A stretch of 64,000 bases of DNA from an uncultured Gemmatimonadales bacterium (GCA_963798915.1 CAWCVB010000002.1:416001-480000); one strand, 5' to 3'. Positions 43,287-53,408 are shown, counted from the stretch's first letter. Notes: generated by a model from the letters alone, not told the origin. Numbers and translations are program-made.

Positions 43287-44369
43287 GTGACTGTTCGCGT
43301 CCTGCTGGTCTCATGCCTCTCCTGTCTCGCGGCCTCCGCCTGCTCGCCGGCCCGGTCGGCGCCCGCGGCCGCGGATGTTACCGCGGCGTCGGATTCGACG
43401 CTCATCGCTCCCGGCGAGCGGCACTTCGCCAATGTCCGACAGCTAACCTTCGGCGGAAATAACGCGGAAGCGTATTTCTCCAGCGACGGCAAGCAGCTCA
43501 TCTTCCAGCGGCAGGCGGAGCTCAACACCGGTTGCGACCAGGAATACATCATCAATACCGATGGCACCGGTGAACGCCGGGTGTCCAACGGCAAGGGCCG
43601 CACCACCTGCGGCTACTTCTACGATAACGACCACCGCATTCTCTACAGCTCGACCTTTGCCTACTCACCGGCCTGCCCGCCACCGGCCGACTATTCCAAC
43701 GGGTACGTCTGGCCACTGGGACATTTCGAGATCTACAGCGCTCGCGCCGATGGCAGCGAGTTGACGCCGCTCACCAACAACGGCGCGTACAACGCCGAAT
43801 CCACCGTGTCGCCGGACGGGAAGCACATCATCTTCACCAGCACCCGTGATGGCGATCTCGAGTTGTACACGATGAACGTGGATGGCACCGACGTGCGCCG
43901 GATCACTCACCGGCTGGGCTACGATGGCGGGGCATTCTTCTCGCCCGATAATGCGAAGATCGTGTGGCGGGCGCAGTATCCCGAGACGGCCAGTGACTCG
44001 GCCGACTACCGGGCGCTGCTCAAGCAACGATTGGTGCGACCGACCAGGCTGGAGCTGTGGATCGCGAATGCGGATGGGAGCGACCCGCAGCAGCTGACCC
44101 ATCTGGGCGGCGCCAACTTCGCGCCGTACTTCACGCCCGATGGCCAGCGGGTCGTCTTCGCCTCCAACTACGAGACCCCCAAGGGGCGCAATTTCGATCT
44201 CTACCTGGTGAACCTGGACGGGTCCGGGCTCGAGAAGATCACCACCTCGCCCGAGTTCGATGCCTTCCCCATGTTCAGCCCCGACGGCAGGCAGCTGGTC
44301 TGGGCCTCCAACCGGAACGAGCAGCAACCGGGCGAGACGAACCTGTTCATTGCGGACTGGGTCGAGTGA
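43287..44369 (+). CDS. TolB-like PD40-repeat protein
   Basis: Repeated FSPDG units, signal peptide. Confidence 0.88.
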   Translation: MTVRVLLVSCLSCLAASACSPARSAPAAADVTAASDSTLIAPGERHFANVRQLTFGGNNAEAYFSSDGKQLIFQRQAELNTGCDQEYIINTDGTGERRVSNGKGRTTCGYFYDNDHRILYSSTFAYSPACPPPADYSNGYVWPLGHFEIYSARADGSELTPLTNNGAYNAESTVSPDGKHIIFTSTRDGDLELYTMNVDGTDVRRITHRLGYDGGAFFSPDNAKIVWRAQYPETASDSADYRALLKQRLVRPTRLELWIANADGSDPQQLTHLGGANFAPYFTPDGQRVVFASNYETPKGRNFDLYLVNLDGSGLEKITTSPEFDAFPMFSPDGRQLVWASNRNEQQPGETNLFIADWVE

Positions 44370-45100
44370 CGGCGGCACCAGATCGCGACGTCGCGGTGCC
44401 ACCGGCCCGCGAACGGTCGGCACTGCGGGAATGGACCAAGTCCATCCTCATTGCCGTCGTGATCTGGCTGGTGCTGCGTGCCTTCGTGGTGGAAGCGTTC
44501 CGCATTCCGTCGAGCAGCATGGAGAACACCCTGCTCAAGGGTGATTTTCTGTTTGTCAACAAGGCGGTATACGGGCCGGTGCTGCCATTTACCGATATCC
44601 ACCTGCCCGCCTTTCGCCAGCCTCGGCGCAATGACGTGGTCGTCTTCGACTCCAAGGAGACGCCGGGCATGGCCATCGTGAAGCGGCTGATCGGCGTCCC
44701 GGGCGATACGCTTGCCATGCGGGCAGGTCAGCTGTATCGCAACGGTGCGCTGGTGCCGGAACCCTATGCCATCAACGCCGCCCCCGACCGGAGCGAAGCG
44801 CCGGCCAGGCGGGCCCAGATGCGCAGCTGGCAGATCCGCCATCTCGCGGGCGTCAGCGCCGCCGATTACCAGCCCGATCTGCATGACTGGGGCCCGGTGG
44901 TGGTGCCGCCCGATTCGCTCTTCATGATGGGCGACAATCGCGACGATTCCTATGACAGTCGCTACTGGGGCTTCCTGGCGGAAAAGAAAGTCCGCGGCAC
45001 CCCGCTCGTGATCTACTACAGCTACAACCCCGACAGCTGGAAAGCCCTGCCGTTCATCACGGACATTCGCTGGGGCCGGCTGCTGCACCGCCCGCAATGA
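44366..45100 (+). CDS. lepB: Signal peptidase I
   Basis: IPSSSMENTL, VKRLIG, GDNRDDSYDSR. Confidence 0.95.
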   Translation: MTAAPDRDVAVPPARERSALREWTKSILIAVVIWLVLRAFVVEAFRIPSSSMENTLLKGDFLFVNKAVYGPVLPFTDIHLPAFRQPRRNDVVVFDSKETPGMAIVKRLIGVPGDTLAMRAGQLYRNGALVPEPYAINAAPDRSEAPARRAQMRSWQIRHLAGVSAADYQPDLHDWGPVVVPPDSLFMMGDNRDDSYDSRYWGFLAEKKVRGTPLVIYYSYNPDSWKALPFITDIRWGRLLHRPQ

Positions 45101-45801
45101 CCGCATCCCGGCGCTTCCTGCGCCTGCTCTGGGAATGGACCCGTTCGGTGGGTGGCGCCCTCGTGGTGTTCCTCGTCCTGCGGGCCTTTGTCATCGAGGG
45201 TTACCACATTCCCTCCGGGAGCATGGAGCGGACCCTGCTGGTGGGCGACTGGCTCTTCGTGAACAAGGCGCTCTACGGCGCCGAGGTCCCACTGCTTCAT
45301 GCCCGGCTGCCGGCCGTGCGGGAACCCCGGCGCGGCGATGTCGTCGTGTTCGATTCCAAGAGTGACCCCGACCAGAAGATCGTCAAGCGACTCATCGGGC
45401 TGCCGGGCGACACGCTGGAGATGCGTGCGAGTCACCTGATCCGGAATGGCGAGCGAATACCGGAGCCGTACGCCGTGCACACCGACACCACGCTCACCGC
45501 CGAGGCCTACCGGGCGGAGATGCGCCAGTGGCAGGTGCACTATCTCCTGGGCGGAAACAGCGAGGCCTACCAGCCCGACCTCCAGAACTGGGGCCCGCTG
45601 GTCGTGCCCGCCGGGTCGCTATTCGTGTTGGGAGACAACCGGGAGAATTCGCTCGACAGCCGCTTCTGGGGATTCCTTCCGCGCGAGAACCTTCGCGGTT
45701 CGCCCATGATCGTGTACTACAGTTACGATGCGTCGGCCTACGACCCGCTGCCGTTTCTGACGGATATCAGGTGGGGACGGATCTTCGAGCCGATCCGCTG
45801 A
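45097..45801 (+). CDS. lepB: Signal peptidase I, tandem paralog
   Basis: IPSGSMERTL, VKRLIG, GDNRENSLDSR. Confidence 0.95.
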   Translation: MTASRRFLRLLWEWTRSVGGALVVFLVLRAFVIEGYHIPSGSMERTLLVGDWLFVNKALYGAEVPLLHARLPAVREPRRGDVVVFDSKSDPDQKIVKRLIGLPGDTLEMRASHLIRNGERIPEPYAVHTDTTLTAEAYRAEMRQWQVHYLLGGNSEAYQPDLQNWGPLVVPAGSLFVLGDNRENSLDSRFWGFLPRENLRGSPMIVYYSYDASAYDPLPFLTDIRWGRIFEPIR

Positions 45802-45805
45802 CGCG

Positions 45806-46096
45806 CTACAACTCCCGACTCCTGGGCGACTCCGGACTCATGGCCGGGCCGGATCCGCGCCGCAGGTACACGGCGCTCCGGCTGCAATTCTGGCAGCTGA
45901 GCGTGATCCGGCCGCCCTGGTCTTCCTCGCTGTCACGGGGCGGCGTGCGGATGATGTCCGGAGAATCACAGGATGGACAGACGAGGGCTTTCCGGTCCCG
46001 ATCGAGCGCGATCAAGATCAGGGCTTCAGGCGCACGATACTCCTTGATGCCCCGGCGTCCCACAGCAAAACCCTTCCGACGGGCGGACTGGCCCAT
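45806..46096 (-). CDS. Small zinc-ribbon protein (start uncertain)
   Basis: CPSC...CQNC. Confidence 0.55.
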   Translation of the reverse strand: MGQSARRKGFAVGRRGIKEYRAPEALILIALDRDRKALVCPSCDSPDIIRTPPRDSEEDQGGRITLSCQNCSRSAVYLRRGSGPAMSPESPRSREL

Positions 46097-46172
46097 AAGC
46101 TGCATCACCCGCCAGCTGTAATTTAGGGCCATGGGGCGGCCCCCGACAATCGCCCTGAGGAGGACACTGCCA

Positions 46173-46568
46173 ATGCGTTCCATTCTGCTGGCTTCCGCGG
46201 CGCTGCTCAGTGCAGCCCCGCTGGCGGCGCAGGCGCGCCATCTCGTCCATGTGCGAGGCGACGCGGCCCAGGACGAATACAGCTATGATCCGGCCACGGT
46301 GACCGCCAAGCCGGGTGATGCCATTGTCTTCCGGGTGGAAGGCGACGGCAAGCACGCGATTTCATTTGAAAAGAACATTCCCGCGGCTGCGCGCGAGGCA
46401 CTCAACCGCGGCATGCCGAACCGGGTGGGTGACTTGTCAGGCCCCTTGCTCTCGAAGGGGCAGGAGTACAGGGTCACCCTGCCCAGGAACCTTCCCGCAG
46501 GCCGGTACCGCTTCTTCTGCCTGCCGCACCGGGCCTATGACGAAGTGGGCTGGCTGGTGGTGCAGTAG
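46173..46568 (+). CDS. Plastocyanin/azurin-like cupredoxin
   Basis: GGAGG RBS, signal peptide, KHAISF, YRFFCLPH. Confidence 0.85.
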   Translation: MRSILLASAALLSAAPLAAQARHLVHVRGDAAQDEYSYDPATVTAKPGDAIVFRVEGDGKHAISFEKNIPAAAREALNRGMPNRVGDLSGPLLSKGQEYRVTLPRNLPAGRYRFFCLPHRAYDEVGWLVVQ

Positions 46569-46610
46569 GTTTACGGTCGTCGGTCGTCGGTCGTCGGTCG
46601 TCGGTCATCA
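46569..46610. repeat. GTCGTCG x4 heptamer array
   Basis: Starts after the cupredoxin stop; inverted counterpart at 49900. Confidence 0.92.
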
Positions 46611-46658
46611 GGCGTGCATTCGTCTGCGGCCACAGCCACTACCAGCCACCCCGGACAT

Positions 46659-46880
46659 ATGTCGCAGGCCCAGCCGCTCGGCAGACTCTCTCGCACCGTC
46701 GCCGGCCTCATCGGCATCATCTGGATGGCCGCCGGCCTGGCTGCCATCGGGCTTGGCGCAGTGGCGCGCGAGTGGGGCAGTGTGCTGCTCGGTGTGCTGG
46801 CGGTCTACTTCGGCGGCATCTGGTGGCAGGTCGCGCGCACCGGCCGCTACCTCGTGTGGCCCTTTCGGCGACGCCGGTGA
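46659..46880 (+). CDS. Small 2-TM membrane protein
   Basis: Two hydrophobic helices, basic C-terminus. Confidence 0.65.
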   Translation: MSQAQPLGRLSRTVAGLIGIIWMAAGLAAIGLGAVAREWGSVLLGVLAVYFGGIWWQVARTGRYLVWPFRRRR

Positions 46881-46995
46881 CTGCGACTCATGACCCATCA
46901 CCCCGCAGCCCGCGACCAGCGACCCGCGACCCGCGACCCGCGACTCATGACTCATGACCCATCACCCGCGACCCATGATCCATGACCCCTGACCT
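46879..46995. repeat. GACCCGC/GACYCAT heptamer array (~16 units)
   Basis: Fills the whole intergenic gap and contains the next ATG. Confidence 0.9.
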
Positions 46996-47920
46996 CAATC
47001 GCCGGGAGTTCGTGGCTGCGCTCGGCGCCGTGACAGTGGCCGGGAGCGCGTTGCCCGGCCCGGCGCCCGGGTTGCCTGCCACACGCCTCGTCCTGCTTGG
47101 CACTGGCGGCGGTCCCACGCCCAAGCGTCGCCGAGCCGCACCGGCCCAGGTGATCCTCGCCGGCGACTCGGCATACGTGGTGGATTGCGGCAGCGGCGTC
47201 GCCCGGCAGCTGGTGCTGGCTGGCGTCCCGATCCTGGCCCTCAAGCATGTCTTCATCACGCATCACCACTCGGACCACAACGCCGACTATGGAAACCTGC
47301 TCCTCCTGTCGTGGGCCAGCGGGCTTGTCCGCCCGGTGGATACATGGGGACCCCCTCCGCTGGCACGCATCACCGAGCTCTTCCTGGAGATGAGCCGGCC
47401 TGACATCGACGTGCGCATGGTGGATGAGGGCCGCCCGGCGCTGGCGCCTCTGATCCGGGTCCACGAGGTGTCTGAAGCCGGTCTGGTAATGCAGGACGCC
47501 AATCTCCGTGTCACTGCCGCGCGAGTGGAACATCCCATGGTCGAGCACGCGTACGCCTATCGGTTCGACGCAGCGGATCGAAGCATCGTCATTTCCGGTG
47601 ATACCGCGCGCTCAGATGCGCTGGTCAGGCTGGCGGCAGGCGCGGACGTGCTGGTGCATGAGGCGTTCTACCCGCCAGCCGTCGAGGGGATGGTCAAGGG
47701 CCGGCTGAATGCCGAACCACTCCGGCGGCATCTGCTGGCGAGTCACACGTCGGCCGAGGATTGTGGCCGGGTCGCGGCAGCGGCGGGGGTGAAGACACTG
47801 GTGCTCTCGCATTTTGTCCCGGCCGAAGATCCGCCGGTCAGCGACGCGATGTGGGCTGATGCGGCAGGAAAGCATTTCAAGGGGAAGATCGTCGTAGGGC
47901 GGGACCTGATGGAGGTCTGA
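46982..47920 (+). CDS. Tat-exported MBL-fold hydrolase (RNase Z/arylsulfatase-like)
   Basis: NRREF signal, LGTGGG, THHHSDH, SGDT, LVHEA. Confidence 0.88.
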   Translation: MTPDLNRREFVAALGAVTVAGSALPGPAPGLPATRLVLLGTGGGPTPKRRRAAPAQVILAGDSAYVVDCGSGVARQLVLAGVPILALKHVFITHHHSDHNADYGNLLLLSWASGLVRPVDTWGPPPLARITELFLEMSRPDIDVRMVDEGRPALAPLIRVHEVSEAGLVMQDANLRVTAARVEHPMVEHAYAYRFDAADRSIVISGDTARSDALVRLAAGADVLVHEAFYPPAVEGMVKGRLNAEPLRRHLLASHTSAEDCGRVAAAAGVKTLVLSHFVPAEDPPVSDAMWADAAGKHFKGKIVVGRDLMEV

Positions 47921-48308
47921 GGGGAGAGCCGGCGATGTCCTGTGCATCGCCGGTGAGCAGTCAACTCGTACCTGGAATGATGCTGACGGATGGCTCGCGT
48001 TGTAAATTGCGACTCGTACAGCCAGACACGTTCCATCCCATATACACGCGGATGGTCATGGCACCCCCTCGCCGGATGCTGCATCCTTTTCAGATGCTGG
48101 TACGTGCCCTCCCGGTTGGCTGTTCAAACGGGGATGATGCTGGGACGGATCCGGGCGGAGTTGCATCCATCCGGCTGATATCCGGACACATGCAGGTGGA
48201 TACAGCAGGTGCGATCTCCGGCCTGGAAAGCCGTATGCGAGTGTCCGGTGGGCTCACACTTCCACAGGTGTTTACGAAGCACAACTTGTATCTGGCATGG
48301 CACGAGCC

Positions 48309-48980
48309 ATGACATTGCCTGAGCAGGCCTCGGGCGCTGGCTCCTCAACCGCAACCGCCGCGTCAATGCTGCCGCGGTCGTCGGCGAAGCTCCGGCGGCT
48401 GCGGCTGGCAGCGACGATTGGGATCGTGCTCCTGTGCCTCGGCTGCACTGCGAGCTGGAATGCGCTGGTTCGGTATTCCGAGCTTCCCGCAGTCGAGGGC
48501 ATGACACCCGAAATGGGTGTCTACGCGGAGGTGCTGCGCTACTTTCGGGCCAGCTGGGGTCTGCCCGAAGTGCTGCTCTCAAACCGTCCCCCCCAATCCG
48601 ACATCTCCACGGTATTCCGCTCCGGTCACGGCGTGGTGCCGGGCCACTGGGCCGATACGCTGCAGCTGGAAGTCCTGACGGCCCTGGCTGACTCCAGCCT
48701 GGCGCAATTGGCCCCGCATCCAGCCATCGAGCAGGCGGCAGCACTGGCAAGGATTCCAGTGAGAGAGGGCACTCCGGCTGACGCCATCCGACCTGATCAG
48801 CCGAACGAGCCTCGGATCTGGTTTTCTCGTGCTGGATTCAATCGCGACAGCACCGTCGCGGCCATCAACGTGCAATTCTGGTGCGGGTACCTGTGCGGTC
48901 ATGGTGTCACGCTGCTGCTTGCTCGCCGGCCAGGCAACCAGTGGAAAGTCTGGCATGGATTCCTGCACTGGATTTCCTGA
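48309..48980 (+). CDS. Hypothetical membrane-anchored protein
   Basis: One TM; C-terminal FSRAGFN...CGYLCGHG. Confidence 0.6.
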   Translation: MTLPEQASGAGSSTATAASMLPRSSAKLRRLRLAATIGIVLLCLGCTASWNALVRYSELPAVEGMTPEMGVYAEVLRYFRASWGLPEVLLSNRPPQSDISTVFRSGHGVVPGHWADTLQLEVLTALADSSLAQLAPHPAIEQAAALARIPVREGTPADAIRPDQPNEPRIWFSRAGFNRDSTVAAINVQFWCGYLCGHGVTLLLARRPGNQWKVWHGFLHWIS

Positions 48981-49100
48981 TGGCCGCGATACCTGAGATC
49001 GAAAGCTGATCGGGCACCGGATTGCTTCGGCCACTGCGCTGCCTCGCACTGACGTGTGAAGCAACCATTTGCGACCCGCGAGCCGCATCTATATTCCTCC

Positions 49101-49814
49101 ATGCCATCCCCACTCCGCCTCGCCTTGGTCGGCGACTACGATCCTGCCGTCACCGCCCACCGCGCCATTCCGGTAGCGCTGCGTCTCGCCGGTGAAGCAC
49201 TCGACACTCCGCTCCTTTACGAGTGGGTTGACACCACCACACTCGGCTCGGACGCAGAAGGTTCCCTCGCCGGTTACCAAGCCATATGGCTCGTTCCCAA
49301 CAGTCCCTACGCCAACACGGTCGGTGCGCTGTCGGCCATCCGTTTCGCCCGCGAATCCGGACGTCCGTTTCTCGGCACATGTGCCGGCTTTCAGCACGCC
49401 ATCATGGAGTACGCGGGCGCCGTCTGGCAGCTCGGACGGTCCCAGGCGGCTCACGCCGAACTCGATCCCGATGCGGTGCACCCGGTCATTGCGCCTCTTG
49501 CCTGCTCACTAGTGGAAGAGCAGGGCAGAGTGCGCTTCGCGCCCGGCTCACAGCTGGCCCGGCTGTATCATGCCGGTGAAGCCATTGAGGCCTATCACTG
49601 CAACTACGGTCTCAATCCATGGCACGCCCAGCGTCTGGATACCGGCGCGCTACGCGCCACGGCCTGGGACGACGCCGGCGACATCCGCGGTGTCGAACTG
49701 GCTGATCATCCATTCTTCGTTGCCACGCTGTTTCAGCCTGAACGGGCGGCGCTGGAGGGTCGAGTACCTGCGGTGGTCCGTGGATTGGTGGAGGCGGCAC
49801 GCTGTGAGCTATGA
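49101..49814 (+). CDS. Stand-alone CTP-synthase-like glutamine amidotransferase domain
   Basis: LGTCAGFQH, YHCNYG, HPFFVATLFQPE. Confidence 0.85.
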   Translation: MPSPLRLALVGDYDPAVTAHRAIPVALRLAGEALDTPLLYEWVDTTTLGSDAEGSLAGYQAIWLVPNSPYANTVGALSAIRFARESGRPFLGTCAGFQHAIMEYAGAVWQLGRSQAAHAELDPDAVHPVIAPLACSLVEEQGRVRFAPGSQLARLYHAGEAIEAYHCNYGLNPWHAQRLDTGALRATAWDDAGDIRGVELADHPFFVATLFQPERAALEGRVPAVVRGLVEAARCEL

Positions 49815-49884
49815 GCTGTGCGCGGTGAGCTGTGCGCGGTGAGCTGCGCGCGGTGAGCTGCGCGCTGTGCGCTGTGCGCTGAGA
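49801..49884. repeat. GCTGTGC/GCGGTGA heptamer array (12 units)
   Basis: Overlaps the upstream stop (CEL*). Confidence 0.88.
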
Positions 49885-49899
49885 GTATGGTAACTTTCG

Positions 49900-49974
49900 C
49901 GACCGACGACCGACGACCGACGACCGACGACCGACGACCGACGACCGACGACCGACGACCGACGACCGACGACC
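49900..49974. repeat. CGACCGA x10 heptamer array
   Basis: Perfect; reverse complement of the 46576 array. Confidence 0.95.
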
Positions 49975-50063
49975 ACCCATCTTGCCCACCTTGCCTGTTC
50001 CGCCTACCATCCACTTGACCGTGCCGTTTGTGAGATTCGACTCGAACGACGTGCAATACATAC

Positions 50064-51119
50064 ATGCGTATCGCCCAGGTAGCCCCGCTCTATGAAAGCG
50101 TGCCGCCCAAGTATTACGGCGGCACCGAACGTATCGTCTCTTACCTCACCGAAGAACTGGTGCGCCAGGGACACGAGGTGACCGTGTTTGCCAGTGGGGA
50201 TTCGGTCACCACTGCCCGGCTTGTCAGTGGCTGCCCGCGATCGCTCCGGCTGGACAAGGACTGCATTGACCAGATGGCCCACCATCTCGTCATGCTGGAG
50301 CAGCTCTACCGGCAGGCGGACGAGTTCGATGTGGTCCATTTTCATCTCGACTATCTGCACTTCCCCTTCTCACGTCGCGAAGGCCTCACCCGGGTGACCA
50401 CCCTGCACGGGCGACTTGATATTCCGGATCTGGTGCCGCTCTACCGGGAGTTCGTCGATGAGCCGGTGGTGTCGATCTCCACCTCGCAACGGACGCCGAT
50501 TCCATGGGCCAACTGGCAGGCCACGGTGTACCACGGCCTGCCGGACTCCCTCTACCGGTTTCATCCTGAGCCCGAAGGCTATCTGGCCTTCATCGGCCGG
50601 ATCTCGCCCGAGAAGCGGGTCGATCGTGCCATCGAGATTGCAAAGCGGGTGGGGATGCCGCTGCGCATCGCCGCCAAGGTGGACCCGGTCGACAAGGACT
50701 ACTTCACCTCGACCATCGAGCCGCAGCTGGACCACCGGCTCATCGAATTCGTGGGGGAAATTGGCGATGCCCAGAAGGATGAGTTCCTCGGCAACGCTGC
50801 GATGCTGTTGTTCCCCATCGACTGGCCGGAACCATTCGGCCTGGCAATGATCGAGGCGCTGGCGTGCGGAACACCTGTGGTCGCCTATCGCCATGGCGCC
50901 GTGCCCGAAGTCCTGGAGCAGGGCCGGACCGGCTTCATCGTGGACCACCTGGATGCGGCCGTGGAAGCGGTTCGCCAGCTGTCCCGGCTCAGCCGGCAGG
51001 GCTGTCGCGAGGCTTTCGAGGAGCGCTTCACGGCCCAGGAAATGGCCCGGAACTACGTTCGGGTGTATGAGCGTCTCATCCGCCAGCATCCCTCGCCCAT
51101 GCTGGAGGCCGCCGGCTGA
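50064..51119 (+). CDS. Glycosyltransferase family 4
   Basis: PPKYYGGTER, GRISPEK, EPFGL..IEALACGTPV. Confidence 0.93.
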   Translation: MRIAQVAPLYESVPPKYYGGTERIVSYLTEELVRQGHEVTVFASGDSVTTARLVSGCPRSLRLDKDCIDQMAHHLVMLEQLYRQADEFDVVHFHLDYLHFPFSRREGLTRVTTLHGRLDIPDLVPLYREFVDEPVVSISTSQRTPIPWANWQATVYHGLPDSLYRFHPEPEGYLAFIGRISPEKRVDRAIEIAKRVGMPLRIAAKVDPVDKDYFTSTIEPQLDHRLIEFVGEIGDAQKDEFLGNAAMLLFPIDWPEPFGLAMIEALACGTPVVAYRHGAVPEVLEQGRTGFIVDHLDAAVEAVRQLSRLSRQGCREAFEERFTAQEMARNYVRVYERLIRQHPSPMLEAAG

Positions 51120-53326
51120 TGACCGAGGAAGTCGTTCGCATCAGCGATACGTTCTACATTCTCTCGACTTCGGCCCGTATCGACGATCGCACCCAGGTCC
51201 TCAAGCAGGGCGACACGTTCGCCATCTTCGACCGTTACGGCGACATCGAGACGCTCGGCATGGGCGAGTTCGGGCTGTACCACCAGGACACCAGGTTTCT
51301 CTCCCGGCTCTCCCTCCGGATCGCGGCCCATCGCCCCCTGCTCCTCAGCTCCACCATCAAGGTGGACAACGCCATCCTGGCCGTGGATCTCATGAATCCC
51401 GATCTCTGGAAGGATGGCGAGCTGGTCATCCCCCGAGGGACGCTTCATGTCTTCCGGTCCAAGGTGCTTTGGCAATCGGCCTGCCACGAGCAGCTGCGGC
51501 TCCACAACTACGGGCGGACCGAGGCGGATTTCACACTGTCACTCGCGTTCGACGCCGACTTCGTGGACATCTTCGAGGTAAGGGGCGCCGAACGTAAACA
51601 CCGCGGCCGGCGGCTTCCCGCCGAGGTGACCGATGGGGCGCTGCTGCTCGGCTATGAAGGCCGGGACCATCGGCTGCGCTGTACCCGCATCAGTTTCGAC
51701 CCGGTTCCCGCCCAGCTCGACCAGACGGGCGCCAGCTTTGACGTCCATCTCGAGCCCGGCGGCGAAGCCCGCCTCCGGTGGGCCATTGCGTGCGAAGTCG
51801 AATCGCGGGCCGAAGCCACCCACGAAGTTGCCGTGGGTGGGTCGCCCGGGCCGGGTCACGCCTGGTACGAGGACGCGGCCAGCAAGGCGGTCGATGCGCT
51901 CGCCGCCGAGGGCGCCGCGGACCCGAGGGTATCGACCTCGAATGAGCAGTTCAATGAGTGGCTCAGCCGCTCGCTGGCCGACTTGTACATGCTGGAGACG
52001 GTGACGGCCTACGGGGAGTACCCCTACGCCGGCGTGCCCTGGTACAGCACGCCATTCGGGCGCGATGGCATCATCACGGCGCTGCAGTATCTCTGGTTCA
52101 ATCCGGCCATTGCGCACGGCGTCCTGACATATCTCGCTGCCACCCAGGCCGACAAGGAAAGCCCCGCGCAGGATGCCGAGCCCGGGAAGATCCTGCATGA
52201 GACGCGCGCCGGCGAGATGGCGCAGCTGGGCGAGGTGCCGTTCTCCCTCTATTACGGCACCGTGGATGCGACGCCACTGTTTGTGGTGCTGGCGGGTGCC
52301 TACTTCACGCGCACTGGCGACCGGGCACTGGCGGAGCAGCTCTGGCCCAACGTGGAGCGCGCCCTCAACTGGATCGATGTGTACGGGGACGCCGATGGTG
52401 ACGGCTTTGTCGAGTATGCCAGTCGCGCGCGCCAGGGCCTGGTGCACCAGGGCTGGAAGGATTCATACGATTCCATCTTCCATGCTGATGGTACGCTGGC
52501 CGAGGGACCGATCGCGCTGTGCGAAGTGCAAGGTTACGTCTGGGCTGCCAAGCGTGCCGCGGCCATGCTGGCGACGGCCCTCGGCCAGCCCGACCGCGCC
52601 GATGCCCTGACCCGCGAGGCGGAGGCGCTGCGGCAGCGCTTCGAGACGGCATTCTGGTGCGACGAGCTTTCCACCTATGTCATCGCGCTCGATGGCAGAA
52701 AGCGGCCGTGCCGGGTACGGACCTCCAATGCGGGCCAATGCCTCTTTACGGGCATTGCAAGTCTCGACCACGCCCAGCGCACCGCGGCCACGCTCACCAG
52801 CGAGCGGTCCTTTTCCGGGTGGGGCATCCGTACCGTCTCGGCCACGGAATCGCGCTACAATCCGATGTCCTACCATAACGGCTCCATCTGGCCGCACGAC
52901 AACTCCCTGATCGCGGCCGGGTTCGCGCGCTACGGGCTGCGTGACCATGCCGCCGCGGTCCTGAGCGGCCTCTTCGATGCAAGCCACTTCTTCGACCTCC
53001 GCCGCATGCCGGAACTCTTCTGCGGTTTTCGCCGGCGTCCAGGCGAAAGCCCGACGCACTACCCGGTTGCCTGTTCCCCGCAGGCGTGGGCGTCGGGCGC
53101 CGTATGGATGCTGCTCCGGTCCTGCCTGGGACTCCAGGTCCGCGGCGCCGAACGGCAGGTCACATTCTACAAGCCGTTTCTGCCACCCTTCCTGGACGAG
53201 GTGCGGATCGAGGAACTCGGGGTGGGCGACGCGAGTGTCGACCTCATCCTCACGCGGTACGGCGATGACGTCGGTATCAACGTGCAGCGCCGGGACGGCG
53301 ACGTGGCCGTCACGGCCGCGAAGTAA
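51119..53326 (+). CDS. Amylo-alpha-1,6-glucosidase / glycogen-debranching family protein
   Basis: AGVPWY..FGRD, EPGKILHE, GWKDS, YHNGSIWPHD. Confidence 0.92.
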   Translation: MTEEVVRISDTFYILSTSARIDDRTQVLKQGDTFAIFDRYGDIETLGMGEFGLYHQDTRFLSRLSLRIAAHRPLLLSSTIKVDNAILAVDLMNPDLWKDGELVIPRGTLHVFRSKVLWQSACHEQLRLHNYGRTEADFTLSLAFDADFVDIFEVRGAERKHRGRRLPAEVTDGALLLGYEGRDHRLRCTRISFDPVPAQLDQTGASFDVHLEPGGEARLRWAIACEVESRAEATHEVAVGGSPGPGHAWYEDAASKAVDALAAEGAADPRVSTSNEQFNEWLSRSLADLYMLETVTAYGEYPYAGVPWYSTPFGRDGIITALQYLWFNPAIAHGVLTYLAATQADKESPAQDAEPGKILHETRAGEMAQLGEVPFSLYYGTVDATPLFVVLAGAYFTRTGDRALAEQLWPNVERALNWIDVYGDADGDGFVEYASRARQGLVHQGWKDSYDSIFHADGTLAEGPIALCEVQGYVWAAKRAAAMLATALGQPDRADALTREAEALRQRFETAFWCDELSTYVIALDGRKRPCRVRTSNAGQCLFTGIASLDHAQRTAATLTSERSFSGWGIRTVSATESRYNPMSYHNGSIWPHDNSLIAAGFARYGLRDHAAAVLSGLFDASHFFDLRRMPELFCGFRRRPGESPTHYPVACSPQAWASGAVWMLLRSCLGLQVRGAERQVTFYKPFLPPFLDEVRIEELGVGDASVDLILTRYGDDVGINVQRRDGDVAVTAAK

Positions 53327-53408
53327 GCCGACCCCGACTCTGGCGCTCCGAAGCCGGAACCGTACCTTCGAGGAACACCCATCACTCCTCCTCGCTCCGG
53401 AGCAGACC

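Noticed and set aside
49900..49974. CRISPR array (and the other repeat arrays)
   Set aside because: No unique spacers, units only 7-9 bp, no cas genes
49612..50065. ORFs with repetitive peptides (VVGRRSS, SAFSLQP, SHESRV)
   Set aside because: Translations of intergenic repeat arrays, not genes
50064..53326. GT4 + debranching-enzyme pair as a novel system
   Set aside because: Common, widespread gene pair
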